A stretch of DNA of 64,000 nucleotides from Candidatus Melainabacteria bacterium 17Bon1m (GCA_032128875.1 JAVLKG010000012.1:137147-201146); one strand, 5' to 3'. Numbered from the stretch's first letter, positions 40,636 to 50,602 are shown. Program-made: numbers and translations. Notes: a model not told the origin generated them from the sequence alone.

Positions 40636-41220
40636 CTAAACGCCGACTTCTTGTCCCGCTTCGATGTAGGTCGCGATGTCGACTTCTACAGCTTCTTCAG
40701 CTCCAATTGCGCCAAGCTCTTCATTCAATTTTTTGAAATCAATTGAAGGAGGAACAGAAACAATCGCGTTCATGCAGAAGAGCGGAGTGCCCGTTTCTGG
40801 CGCCGGAACCAATTCGGTTTCCATTGATTGTATGTTTATTTGGTGGTTCTTCAAATACGAAGAGATTTTGTGCACGATACCCTCGTGATCGGCACCTTCC
40901 ACGCTGATTTGATAGGTCGCATAGCCTTTGAAGCGCGAAACATCCGGAGCTTTGGTCTTCTTTGTATTGACCTGGATTTTTTCTTTCGACAGCGACTCGA
41001 GGTCTTTGAGCAATTCAGGTAATTTGTCAGGCGATACAGTGACTAATGCAATCGCTGCGAACTCGCCGCCCAAAACCGTCATGCGGCTGTCTTCCATGTT
41101 CGCGCCGTGACGCGTAATTACTTCGGCAAGGTGCGAAACGATGCCTGGTCTGTCTTCGCCAACTGCTGTCACCAACAAATGCTCTTTCATCGATTCAGTC
41201 CTTTCTGTTCTTTCAGGCAC
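40636..41220 (-). CDS. GcvR-like tandem ACT-domain protein
   Basis: LVTAVGEDRPGIV...DSRMTVLGGEFA and GADHEGIV ACT repeats. Confidence 0.85.
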   Translation of the reverse strand: MPERTERTESMKEHLLVTAVGEDRPGIVSHLAEVITRHGANMEDSRMTVLGGEFAAIALVTVSPDKLPELLKDLESLSKEKIQVNTKKTKAPDVSRFKGYATYQISVEGADHEGIVHKISSYLKNHQINIQSMETELVPAPETGTPLFCMNAIVSVPPSIDFKKLNEELGAIGAEEAVEVDIATYIEAGQEVGV

Positions 41221-41441
41221 GTCAACCTATATAATCTACCCGCGTTAAAACGGCAGGCAAACATAATACTACTCCTTCAAAGAGGGCGAAGTTAACCAGG
41301 GCTTGCCCGGCTGCTTCCGAAGAAGCAAGTGTATTGTCATTGGGAATTGTAAACAAAATCCGAAAAACTCCTCGACAAGGTCCGCCGGGTCCTGTTAACC
41401 TCAAGGGGTAATTTGTCGTTCCAGGATGTTTTAAATCCTTT

Positions 41442-41519
41442 ATGCCGCTCAACACAAGAGTGATTGTTGAAACCGCTGCCCGCAACCACGGGCATCATCA
41501 CCATCATCATCATTCTTGA
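41442..41519 (+). CDS. hisL: his operon leader peptide MPLNTRVIVETAARNHGHHHHHHHS
   Basis: 25-codon ORF read directly, with 7 consecutive His codons (41493-41513) plus one more; upstream of an attenuator and hisG. Confidence 0.88.
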   Translation: MPLNTRVIVETAARNHGHHHHHHHS

Positions 41520-41603
41520 AACGGGAGCGGTATCTCACTCACGACAGAATAGCTTTGCATAACGCAAAAACTGTTGAGACCCGCTCAGAAGGCGGGTTTT
41601 TTT
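41467..41603 (+). promoter_or_regulatory. Histidine transcription attenuator (alternative 1:2, 2:3, 3:4 hairpins)
   Basis: ACCGCTGCCCG (41472-82) pairs with CGGGAGCGGT (41522-31); GAGCGG..TCTCA (41525-37) pairs with TGAGACCCGCTC (41575-86); terminator GAGACCCGCT/GGCGGGTTTT with U7. Confidence 0.85.
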
Positions 41604-41651
41604 GTCAGCGATTTTTAAGTCACACTTCGCGTCAATCTAGGAAACGAGAAA

Positions 41652-42590
41652 ATGAAAAACACAGTTGAAGCTCCAACCAAGGAACAGTCCGCGGCGACAT
41701 CCATTGAAGTTGAATCTCCCGATGGCGTCGGCACATTGAAGATGGTCTTGCCGTCCGGCCGAATTCAAGAAAAGGTAGTGGCGCTGCTGGAAAGAGTTGG
41801 CCTGAGTTTTGCCAAAAGTGGTCGGTCGTATCGTCCTCGTACCTCTCAAACTGGTGTTGTCGCGAAGTTTCTCAAAGCGCAAAACATTCCAGATCTCGTT
41901 GCACTCGGTCGTCACGACTGTGGTTTTTCCGGACTGGACTGGATTGTTGAGCGTCAGGCTGATGTGGTTGAACTATTGGATCTCGGTTTTGATCCTGTTT
42001 CGATCGTCGCTGCCATGCCTGAAAATCTAGCTGCAGAGTCGATGGCTCAGCGACAACAACGCCGTCTAGTTATCGCTTCTGAGTACAGAAATCTGACTTT
42101 GGACTATATAAAGTCCAAAAACTTGAACGCTGATTATGTTCAAACATTCGGCGCCACCGAAGCTCTGCCGCCCGAAGACGCCGACATGATCATCGATAAT
42201 ACGGCGACCGGCGAAACCATTCGTCAGAATCGACTCGTAATTGTTGACACCTTGCTTAAGTCGAGCACGCGTTTTCTCTGCAACAAGGAAGCGTTGGAAG
42301 ACGATGGGAAGCGGCAAAAGTTGGAAGAGCTTGTGATGCTCATGAAGAGTGCTTTGCGCGCCAACGAGAAGGTCTTACTCGAAATGAACGTCAGTACGGA
42401 AAACTTTGAGCGCCTGGTGGCAATTTTGCCATGTATGAAAGCGCCGACAATTTCAGAATTGTACAAAGGCAGTGGTTATGCGATCAAAGTAGCGGTTCCT
42501 TCCGCTGATTGTTCGCAGCTGATACCAAAACTTGTTGCGTATGGCGCGACCGACATCCTTGAATACAAGCTGGAAAAAATCGTCGTATGA
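41652..42590 (+). CDS. hisG: ATP phosphoribosyltransferase (long form)
   Basis: GLDWIVE, IASEY, FGATEALPPEDADMIIDNTATGETIRQN; C-terminal regulatory domain LPCMKAPTISEL. Confidence 0.95.
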   Translation: MKNTVEAPTKEQSAATSIEVESPDGVGTLKMVLPSGRIQEKVVALLERVGLSFAKSGRSYRPRTSQTGVVAKFLKAQNIPDLVALGRHDCGFSGLDWIVERQADVVELLDLGFDPVSIVAAMPENLAAESMAQRQQRRLVIASEYRNLTLDYIKSKNLNADYVQTFGATEALPPEDADMIIDNTATGETIRQNRLVIVDTLLKSSTRFLCNKEALEDDGKRQKLEELVMLMKSALRANEKVLLEMNVSTENFERLVAILPCMKAPTISELYKGSGYAIKVAVPSADCSQLIPKLVAYGATDILEYKLEKIVV

Positions 42591-42637
42591 ATCAATTATT
42601 TGATTTCGCAGTTCTTTAGAAACAATAGGATCACTCA

Positions 42638-44443
42638 ATGAAAGTCATGTCCGACACGACAAACAAGACAAAGCCCGATGATTCGGAGAAGGCGGGAACG
42701 TCCATTGGCTCTGGTTCCGTTTCTCAAAAGACCGGAGTTCTTCCAAAGCGAATTGTATTGGAACTTCCCTTTTACGACTTGCCGGGCAGCAGCAGGCAGA
42801 ATTATGCTCGCCTGGACTTTTGCGAGAACACTCAGGGCTATCCCGAATCTTATCCACAAGGGATGCCGGAAACCTGGGCTAGCACTTATCCTGAGTATCC
42901 CGAGTTTGTCGAGAAATTGGCGGCAATGTACGGCATAAAGCCGAATGAACTGATTCTGACGAACGGCAGCGATGAAGGCATTATGGTCGTTTGCAATACT
43001 TTCGTTGAGCCGGGAGAAGACACGGCGATTGTTTCCAGACCTTGTTTTTCTGTGATTCCTCACTCACTGAGACTGGCTGGTGCCAAGCTCGTCAATGTTG
43101 ATGTTCTGCCAGATCTCAGCTTCAATCTCGCGGGGATCGAGGCAGCGCTCGAAGGAGGCGCCAAGATCGCATTTTTTGCGACTCCCGAAAATCCCACTGG
43201 TGCGCAGCTCCCTGCGGACGTTATCGAGGGATGGTGTCAGAAATATCCGAATACTCTTATCGTGATTGATGAAGCGTATGGCGAATTTTCCAACACGACA
43301 GTTATTCCGCTCATTGAAAAATACAGCAATCTGCTGGTGCTGAAAACATTCTCAAAAGCATGGGCTATGGCGGGATTGCGCTTGGGATGCATATTCGGGC
43401 AAGCTCAGATGATCGAGTATTTGAAGATTGTTACACCAGTCTTCAGTGTCAATAGTGCTGCAATTTGGACGGCGTCTCAGTTGCTGGATCGGCGGGCTGA
43501 TGTTGATAGGTATGTTGCCGAAGTGAATGAGCGCAAATCTCGCCTGGTGAAAAACCTTGAAGAGCGTGGATTCGAAGTCTTTCGTGGCGCTGGTAACTCT
43601 ATTTTGTTGTCGTTCGGATTTCTTGCCGACAAGTTTTGTCAGTTTTGTAGAGATGAAAAAGTATTGGTGCGCAATCGCAGTAAGCAAGTTTTTCCCGCTG
43701 CTGAGTTTGATCCTATGTGGGGGCGCATTCGCATTTCTATTGGAACAGAAGCCGAGCAAGAGCTGTTCCTTGCAACACTGGATAAGTTCCAAAAGAGCTA
43801 CGGAATAATTTTTGATTTGGACGGGACGCTGGTTGATACCAGCGCAAGTTTTGACGAAACTGTCGCGCAAATGGTGGAAAGATATTCCGGAAAACCATTG
43901 CAACCGGACGAGCTTCGGAAGTTGCGCGAGGAAGGTGGCTACAACGATGATTGGGTTGCGTCGATTGAGTTGCTGAGACGCCGCGGCGTCACAGTGGAGA
44001 TGCGCGAGTTTTCTCCTGAAGCGACCAGACTTTATTTGAGTCTTGCGCCAAGCACTGAAAAACTTTTGCTTGCTGTCGAGTCGCTTCAAAAGTTTTCGAA
44101 GAGGTTTCCGATTTTCATCGTCACCGGCAGAACTCGCGGCGAGTACGATCCAGTGTGGGGCGAAAGATTGAACCCTCTGTTTGAGCGGATTTACTGCCTG
44201 GATGACATTGCCGGACTGGGAGCAAAACCGTCTCCGGATTACATCAACCGCAACCTCGAAGATTTCGAATTGAAATTTGGTGTCTACATCGGCAACTCAG
44301 TCGATGACATGAGCGCAGCTCTCGCCGCAGGTATTGACTGCATTGCCATCAATACATCTGCATCTGATGACGCGCTGAGAGAAGCCGGAGCCCAATTGAT
44401 AATCAGCAGCATGGATGAACTGGAGAAGGTGTTTCAACTATGA
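42638..44443 (+). CDS. hisC: Histidinol-phosphate aminotransferase fused to a C-terminal HAD hydrolase
   Basis: TNGSDEGI, PENPTG, IDEAYGEF, KTFSKAWAMAGLRLG, RISIGT; then IFDLDGTLVD, TGR, KPSP, GNSVDD. Confidence 0.9.
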   Translation: MKVMSDTTNKTKPDDSEKAGTSIGSGSVSQKTGVLPKRIVLELPFYDLPGSSRQNYARLDFCENTQGYPESYPQGMPETWASTYPEYPEFVEKLAAMYGIKPNELILTNGSDEGIMVVCNTFVEPGEDTAIVSRPCFSVIPHSLRLAGAKLVNVDVLPDLSFNLAGIEAALEGGAKIAFFATPENPTGAQLPADVIEGWCQKYPNTLIVIDEAYGEFSNTTVIPLIEKYSNLLVLKTFSKAWAMAGLRLGCIFGQAQMIEYLKIVTPVFSVNSAAIWTASQLLDRRADVDRYVAEVNERKSRLVKNLEERGFEVFRGAGNSILLSFGFLADKFCQFCRDEKVLVRNRSKQVFPAAEFDPMWGRIRISIGTEAEQELFLATLDKFQKSYGIIFDLDGTLVDTSASFDETVAQMVERYSGKPLQPDELRKLREEGGYNDDWVASIELLRRRGVTVEMREFSPEATRLYLSLAPSTEKLLLAVESLQKFSKRFPIFIVTGRTRGEYDPVWGERLNPLFERIYCLDDIAGLGAKPSPDYINRNLEDFELKFGVYIGNSVDDMSAALAAGIDCIAINTSASDDALREAGAQLIISSMDELEKVFQL

Positions 44444-45081
44444 AAAGCGCAATTCAAAACCAATCGGCTGAAGTTGAAGTGAAGGCAAAAAGCCGCATCG
44501 CATCTGTAACGCGCGAGACAAAGGAGACGAAAATCTCCATTCGCGTCGATTTGGATACTCCGGGAGAGGTCGATATAAAAACCTCGTTGCCATTTCTTTC
44601 GCATATGTTGGAGGCTCTGGCTGTGCACGGACGATTTAGTCTTGTCGTCGATGCCACGGGGGATATCGAGGTTGATCCTCACCACTTGATTGAAGACACC
44701 GGAATTGTCCTCGGCGAAACGATCTTCAAAGCTCTCGGCGGATTCAAAGGAATCGAGCGGGCCGGATGTTTTACCTATCCGATGGACGGCAGTCTCGTTC
44801 TTGTCGCAATTGATATTTGCGGGCGCCGCAACCTGAGCTGGAAATTGCAATTCGGTAATTTCACAGTCGGCAATCTCGATCCCAATCTTTTCCGCGAATT
44901 CTACAAAGGATTCGTCGACGGATTGCGCTCCACTCTGCATATCAAAATGCTGGAAAGCGACAACGATCACCATGTCATCGAAGCTTCGTTCAAAGCGCTT
45001 GCACGCGCATTGCGCCAGGCAATAACTCCGTCGCCGGGCAATGAATATTTGAGTACTAAAGGAGTCCTCGATGAAAACTGA
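44440..45081 (+). CDS. hisB: Imidazoleglycerol-phosphate dehydratase (monofunctional)
   Basis: RETKET, FLSHML, DPHHLIEDTGI, NDHHVIEASFKA, STKG; no N-terminal phosphatase domain. Confidence 0.96.
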   Translation: MKSAIQNQSAEVEVKAKSRIASVTRETKETKISIRVDLDTPGEVDIKTSLPFLSHMLEALAVHGRFSLVVDATGDIEVDPHHLIEDTGIVLGETIFKALGGFKGIERAGCFTYPMDGSLVLVAIDICGRRNLSWKLQFGNFTVGNLDPNLFREFYKGFVDGLRSTLHIKMLESDNDHHVIEASFKALARALRQAITPSPGNEYLSTKGVLDEN

Positions 45082-45739
45082 GGTCGATCTTGTCGATGTT
45101 GCCGGTGGAAATTTGGGTAGTGTGAGACGCTGCCTTGATAGGCTCGGCGTCCCGTACAATCTGGTCAATCCAAAGAATGCGCCTGATGGCTCGCGCCCGA
45201 TTATTTTGCCGGGCGTCGGTAACTTCGGTGCCGTCATGGAAAATCTGCAGAAAGATGGCTTTGACCAACTGGTAAAACGTCTCGTCGCAGACGGCACACC
45301 CTATCTCGGAATTTGTGTCGGCATGCAGATTTTGTTTGATTGGGGAGATGAGTCGAACAGCGCGGGACTTGGTCTTTTGCCTGGTAAGGTCGTGAAGTTC
45401 ACGCGCGGAAAAGTTCCTCAAATAGGATGGAATAAGATCCAGTGCCCGGACTCATCTCAATCGAAGAAGAGTGATTGGCCAGGGGGTTATGTCTATTTTG
45501 TCAATTCATTTGTCGCCCAGCCTGAGAAAAGCAGCGACATTTTGTATTCTGCAGATTACTACGGAGATTTTTGTGCTGCTGTAAAACGTGACAATATCTG
45601 CGGATTTCAGTTTCACCCTGAAAAGAGCGGACCATTCGGACAGTCCTTGTTGATGCGCTGGATCGAAACGGTTTCTACCAATTCTGAATTCCGCGAGAAT
45701 CTGGCATTTGCAACCAAAGGGGGCGATAATGCTGACTAA
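45071..45739 (+). CDS. hisH: Imidazole glycerol phosphate synthase glutaminase subunit
   Basis: GNLGSV, LPGVGNF, LGICVGMQ, QFHPEKSG. Confidence 0.96.
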   Translation: MKTEVDLVDVAGGNLGSVRRCLDRLGVPYNLVNPKNAPDGSRPIILPGVGNFGAVMENLQKDGFDQLVKRLVADGTPYLGICVGMQILFDWGDESNSAGLGLLPGKVVKFTRGKVPQIGWNKIQCPDSSQSKKSDWPGGYVYFVNSFVAQPEKSSDILYSADYYGDFCAAVKRDNICGFQFHPEKSGPFGQSLLMRWIETVSTNSEFRENLAFATKGGDNAD

Positions 45740-46517
45740 GCGCATCATCCCCTGCTTGGATGTGAGAGACGGACGCACCGTGAAAGGCGTTAACTTCACC
45801 AATCTCAGAGACATGGGCTGCCCTGTTGAACTCGGCTTGATGTATGAAAGTCAGGGCGCGGATGAATTGATGTTTCTCGACATCACTGCTTCGGTGGAAG
45901 GTCGTGCAGCTATGCTGGAATTTGTCGAGCGCGTCGCTGACAATCTTTCGATTCCATTCACTGTGGGCGGTGGCGTTTCTTCGAGGGAAAACGTCACAGA
46001 CTTGCTAAATGCCGGCGCGGACAAGGTTTCGATGAACACAGCCGCAGTGAAAAGACCAGAGCTGATCAATGAGGTTTCTACTCAATTTGGCTCTCAATGC
46101 TGCGTTGTTGCAATTGACGCTCGAAAGAAGGAAAACGGCAATCGCAGTCTTGAAAATGGTGGCAAAATCGAGTGGGAAGTTCTCATCAAAGGCGGAAGAG
46201 AATCAGTTGGCTTGGATGCGCTTGAATGGGCGGAGGAGTGTGTTCGACGCGGTGCCGGCGAAATACTTTTGACTTCATGGAACCGAGACGGGATGCAAAC
46301 TGGTTTTGATATTGAAATGGTAAAGGTATTTTCGGAAAGATTGCCAATTCCAGTTATCGCTTCGGGCGGTGCAGCCAATCCGGAAAGTTTCGTCGAGGTG
46401 TTCGAGAAAGCCGGTGCAGATGCTGCGCTTGCCGCGAGCATTTTTCACGACAAAATCTACAGCATCGGCGATGTAAAACAAGCAGTAAAAAACGCGGGAA
46501 TCAGTGTCAGAGAGTAA
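45729..46517 (+). CDS. hisF: Imidazole glycerol phosphate synthase cyclase subunit
   Basis: MLTKRIIPCLDV, GADELMFLDI, PFTVGGG, GAGEILLTS, IASGGA, ALAASIFH. Confidence 0.97.
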   Translation: MLTKRIIPCLDVRDGRTVKGVNFTNLRDMGCPVELGLMYESQGADELMFLDITASVEGRAAMLEFVERVADNLSIPFTVGGGVSSRENVTDLLNAGADKVSMNTAAVKRPELINEVSTQFGSQCCVVAIDARKKENGNRSLENGGKIEWEVLIKGGRESVGLDALEWAEECVRRGAGEILLTSWNRDGMQTGFDIEMVKVFSERLPIPVIASGGAANPESFVEVFEKAGADAALAASIFHDKIYSIGDVKQAVKNAGISVRE

Positions 46518-46525
46518 GGCGGAAA

Positions 46526-47761
46526 ATGATAGTACCCAGCATCGACATCATGAATGGAAAGGCTGTCCAGCTCAAGCAGGGCAAGGACCTGGTCGTTACC
46601 TCGGAGCGCACGCCACTTGAGCTGGCGCGAGAGTTCAATCGATTTGGAGAGGTGGCGGTAATCGACCTTGATGCAGCGATGGGTAAGGGCAACAATCGCG
46701 CGCTCATTCGAGACATATGCAAGGTTGCTGATGTTCGCGTCGGTGGTGGCATTAGAGATGTCGATACAGGTAAAGAATATTTGAAGGCTGGGGCGAAGGC
46801 TCTGATTTTTGGCACGAAGGCAGTTCCCGAGATACTCAGTGAGTTTCCTTCTGAGCGAGTGATGGTGGCACTCGATAACGTTGATGGGAAAGTGGTCGAC
46901 AAAGGATGGACCAACACAACAGAAGAAACCATCTGGGAGCGCGCCGAAAGACTGGCTCCATACTGTGGCGCTTTCCTCACTACCTTTGTGAAGGATGAAG
47001 GCGGTCTTGGCGGAATGAACATGGACGCGGTGAAGGAAGCAAAGGAAAGGTTAAAACGACCGGTCACCGTAGCTGGTGGCATTGCTGCCACGGATGAGAT
47101 CGTTGAGATTTCAAAACTTGGCATGGATGTCCAGGTTGGAATGGCTCTATACACCGGACGAATAGACCTTGCTGAAAGCGTCATTGGTGCTGTCAAATTC
47201 GATGTTAACGGGCTTGTGCCTATAGTGGTTCAGGATGTCAGCGGAAAGGTGCTGATGCTTGCATACGGCAATGAGGAGTCACTAAAACGCGCGCTCACAG
47301 AGGGGAAAGGCGTCTATTACAGTCGCTCGAGAAAAGAGCTATGGGAGAAGGGTTTGACATCCGGTAGCGTGCAACAGCTGATTTCTTGTCGTCTTGATTG
47401 CGACAGGGATTCAATTTTGTTTACTGTAAAACAATCGCAGGGCGCTTGTCACAACGGAACTTTCAGTTGCTTTGGCAATGCAACGTCCCACCGCGGATTC
47501 GCCATCGCAGATCTCTTCGAAACCTTGCGTCAACGCAAGCTTAATGCACCCGAGGGCAGTTACTCTGCCACCCTGTTTCAAGACCGCGACAAACTCAGCA
47601 AAAAGCTTATGGAAGAAGCATTTGAGGTGGTATCGTTTAAGTCGCGCGAAAACCTTCGTTGGGAAGTTGCGGACTTGCTTTATTTTGTAAGCATCCTGGC
47701 TGTTGATGAAGGTCTTGATTGGAAAGAAATCGAGCTAGAGCTTGGGGGACGCCACAAATGA
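46526..47761 (+). CDS. Trifunctional HisA-HisI-HisE fusion (ProFAR isomerase / PR-AMP cyclohydrolase / PR-ATP pyrophosphatase)
   Basis: PSIDIMNGKAVQLKQG, IDLDAA, VGGGIR (HisA); GLVPIVVQD, YSRSRKELWEKGLTSG, DCDRD, ACH..TFSCF (HisI); SYSATLF, KLMEEAFEV, EVADLLY (HisE). Confidence 0.93.
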   Translation: MIVPSIDIMNGKAVQLKQGKDLVVTSERTPLELAREFNRFGEVAVIDLDAAMGKGNNRALIRDICKVADVRVGGGIRDVDTGKEYLKAGAKALIFGTKAVPEILSEFPSERVMVALDNVDGKVVDKGWTNTTEETIWERAERLAPYCGAFLTTFVKDEGGLGGMNMDAVKEAKERLKRPVTVAGGIAATDEIVEISKLGMDVQVGMALYTGRIDLAESVIGAVKFDVNGLVPIVVQDVSGKVLMLAYGNEESLKRALTEGKGVYYSRSRKELWEKGLTSGSVQQLISCRLDCDRDSILFTVKQSQGACHNGTFSCFGNATSHRGFAIADLFETLRQRKLNAPEGSYSATLFQDRDKLSKKLMEEAFEVVSFKSRENLRWEVADLLYFVSILAVDEGLDWKEIELELGGRHK

Positions 47762-49116
47762 TTCCGCTTTACAAGGGTGCTGACGCCATTGCCTGGCTGA
47801 AAAAGATGGCGACTGGTGTCAATGTCGATAGCGAAAACATTCCGGCGCCGCCACCATTGACCTCCTCTGCAGGTGGACCGCCCCTGGCGAGTACAAAACA
47901 CAGTGGCACGTACAGTGCTCTCAGTATCGCGCAGGAAGTCGAACAGATTATCAATCATGTACGTCGCGAAGGTGACGCTGCCATCGCGCAATTGGCCGAT
48001 AGATTTGGTGACACCGTATCTCCTCCCTTGTTTATGGAACAAGAAGGCATTGATGCTTTAGCGAAAAATTTGCCGGTTGACACGGTAAGCACAATCGACT
48101 TAGCTGCCTCGAGAATAAAAGCATTTGCCGAAGCAACGCTTGCCGCTATCAGACCCATTCATGTTTCTTACGAGCGTTTTGATACCGGCTTGAATTTCCG
48201 TCCTGTGGGGCGCGTCGCTTGTTATGTCCCTTCCGGACGCTTCCCGCTCACCTCGACTGCTCTGATGACTGCAATCACCGCCAAGGTTGCGGGTGTGTCT
48301 GAAGTGTTTATACTTTCGCCAAATCTCACTGACGAGATACTTTATGCTGGCACCGTTGCTGGTGTCACCGAATTTCACCAGATTGGCGGTGCGCAGGCAG
48401 TTGCTGCTGCAACCTTCGGCACGAAGACGGTCAAAGCTGCCGACATGATCGTTGGTCCTGGAAATGCGTACGTGACTGAGGCCAAACGTCAGCTTCAAGG
48501 GCGTATCGGCATCGACATGCTCGCTGGTCCGAGCGAAATTTGCATCATTGCCGATCACGGAAGCAATCCATACTGGTTGGCGCTCGATCTGCTTTCTCAG
48601 GCCGAGCACGATCCCGACGCTCGCGCTTTCTTGCTAACCGACGATGAAGCTGTCGCCACTCAGGTGTTGGCTGAGTTGCCGAAAGTTCGCTCAGAGATTG
48701 CCTTGCCTGATTTCATTGATGAGAGTTTGAGCAAGAGTGTGATTTTGGTTTTGCCGGACATCGTTGCTTGCATCGCTGCAGCGAATAGTATCGCTCCGGA
48801 GCATTTGCAATTGCACGTCGCAAAACCTGAAGACTTGCAACCACACTTGGTCAACTATGGTGCGCTATTCATTGGCTACAACGCTACTGTGCCCAATGGT
48901 GATTATGTTGCCGGACCTAATCACACATTGCCTACAAATAGATCGGCGCGTTTTGCCGGTGCTCTCAGCCCGTTGACTTTCTTGCGAGCGCAGACCTGGA
49001 TTCGCGTTCGCTCTAATGCGAATGAATTGCATCAAGAGACTGAGGCATTCGCCAATCTAGAGGGTTTGAACGCGCACGCCGCAGCACCCCGCGCGCGTTA
49101 TATCGACAATCGATAA
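47758..49116 (+). CDS. hisD: Histidinol dehydrogenase
   Basis: GGAQAVAA, GPGNAYVTEAKR, DMLAGPSE, QAEHD, APEHL, GDYVAGPNHTLPT; ATGA overlap with the upstream stop. Confidence 0.96.
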   Translation: MIPLYKGADAIAWLKKMATGVNVDSENIPAPPPLTSSAGGPPLASTKHSGTYSALSIAQEVEQIINHVRREGDAAIAQLADRFGDTVSPPLFMEQEGIDALAKNLPVDTVSTIDLAASRIKAFAEATLAAIRPIHVSYERFDTGLNFRPVGRVACYVPSGRFPLTSTALMTAITAKVAGVSEVFILSPNLTDEILYAGTVAGVTEFHQIGGAQAVAAATFGTKTVKAADMIVGPGNAYVTEAKRQLQGRIGIDMLAGPSEICIIADHGSNPYWLALDLLSQAEHDPDARAFLLTDDEAVATQVLAELPKVRSEIALPDFIDESLSKSVILVLPDIVACIAAANSIAPEHLQLHVAKPEDLQPHLVNYGALFIGYNATVPNGDYVAGPNHTLPTNRSARFAGALSPLTFLRAQTWIRVRSNANELHQETEAFANLEGLNAHAAAPRARYIDNR

Positions 49117-49291
49117 AGCGTAAAAGCCTACCAAGCACTCCTGTTAAACCATGGCGCCAACCTTTCATTGAACGCGCGTTTGATTACAGAAGTGTAAGGT
49201 TTTCTGTCGTTTGCTCACGCGGGATAGTGGGTATGGAATAGCTACCAAATCTTCCCGAAATCCGTTTCTTACTTACTAGGAAATACAAATT

Positions 49292-50602
49292 ATGCAAAAG
49301 GCTCGCACTTTAGCGCTGCTGCTGGTGTCCATTGCCTGCATTTCTCCGGCAAATTCACAAGGAATGATGGAAGGTACTTTCGTTAGAGGTCTCGGCGCAG
49401 GGATGGGCGCTGGAACCGCTGCCGGTATGGGGCACGGCAAAGTCGTGCGGCGCACGGCCGAATCCCTAATTCAAGCGCAGCAAGCGATGATAGCGCAGAC
49501 GAAAACAATCGAACAGTATGTTGCATCTGGTATTCAACTGCAAGCCAAAAAGCAGTGGACCACCGCAGAGCAATATTTTCAGGAAGCATTGAAGGTTATT
49601 GCAAAACGAGATGGCCCGGGCAGCCCGAAGAGCGCTCCTGTGCTTGCTCGCCTTGCTACTGTTGCGAAGAATCAGCATAAATTGGATGAGGCTATCGGTT
49701 ATCAAAAAACTGTTGTCGCCTTCGCTAACAACGCTAAAGCGCAGAATCCTACCGCGGCTGTTCAAGCGCAAGTAGAACTTTCAAATCTCTTCATCGACAA
49801 AGGCGATCTGCACAACGCAGAAGGTACGCTCAAACAGTCTGCCGATATCGTGCGGAGTGATCGAAGCATTCCTCCAAAAACGTACTCGACGACTTTGCGA
49901 GTATATGGTGAAGTCTTGAGAAAACTCAATAAGAATTCGGAAGCAGATGCGATTGATGCTGAAATTGCGTCCAAGGGTGGAGAGTCCACCACTGCTGCTT
50001 CTGTTGCGAATGTAACTACACCTCAGCCGGCAGCGACTACGACACCGCCCGCGGTGTCTGCCGACGGAACTGCTGTTTCAACTGCACCTCCTGAAACAGC
50101 AGTTCCAGCTGCTTCTTCATCAGCGTCTGCAAGTGCTGCCGCAGCCTCTGCCGCGCCTGAAGGGACAGCATCCGCTGCACAATCTGCGAACTCTTCTGCC
50201 GCAAGTTTAACATCTGCGACCGATGCGGCCAGCGCGACTAGTTCAGGTGGTGAAACAGTTCCAGCTGCCGCGACGAATCCACCTGGTGCACTTCTGCCTC
50301 CACCAACAGCCGACTGGCCTGTGATGAGTTCTGACGGCAAGATTGTTTCTGAACCGGCCGATGCTTCGTCTCAAACTACGACCGCACCCGCGACAGCACC
50401 TACGGTAGCACCATCAGCAGGCGCTGCACCAGCATCAGCTCCGGTTGCTGAGTCCAATGCACAACCGCCCGGCGCCGCTTCTGCCACACCTGCCACCGCG
50501 TCGACTGGTAATCCTGAGCCTGGCGCCTCTTCCAGTGCTCAATCGGATTCAGGCGTCGCCCCTGCGAATGCAGCAGCTTCTGAATCTTCAGAAGGGAAGT
50601 GA
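49292..50602 (+). CDS. Exported TPR-repeat protein with Ala/Ser/Thr/Pro-rich tail
   Basis: Signal peptide; AEQYFQEALKV, LDEAIGYQK, AEGTLKQS TPR-like helices; long low-complexity C-terminus. Confidence 0.75.
   Translation: MQKARTLALLLVSIACISPANSQGMMEGTFVRGLGAGMGAGTAAGMGHGKVVRRTAESLIQAQQAMIAQTKTIEQYVASGIQLQAKKQWTTAEQYFQEALKVIAKRDGPGSPKSAPVLARLATVAKNQHKLDEAIGYQKTVVAFANNAKAQNPTAAVQAQVELSNLFIDKGDLHNAEGTLKQSADIVRSDRSIPPKTYSTTLRVYGEVLRKLNKNSEADAIDAEIASKGGESTTAASVANVTTPQPAATTTPPAVSADGTAVSTAPPETAVPAASSSASASAAAASAAPEGTASAAQSANSSAASLTSATDAASATSSGGETVPAAATNPPGALLPPPTADWPVMSSDGKIVSEPADASSQTTTAPATAPTVAPSAGAAPASAPVAESNAQPPGAASATPATASTGNPEPGASSSAQSDSGVAPANAAASESSEGK

Noticed and set aside
41487-41513. Poly-His tract as a metal-binding peptide or cloning tag
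   Set aside because: Its position before hisG and the attenuator hairpins explain it as a leader peptide.
42635-48609. Long antisense ORFs over the his operon (e.g. 43352-44089, 44434-45297, 46507-47196)
   Set aside because: They are shadow frames of well-supported genes with no recognisable motifs.
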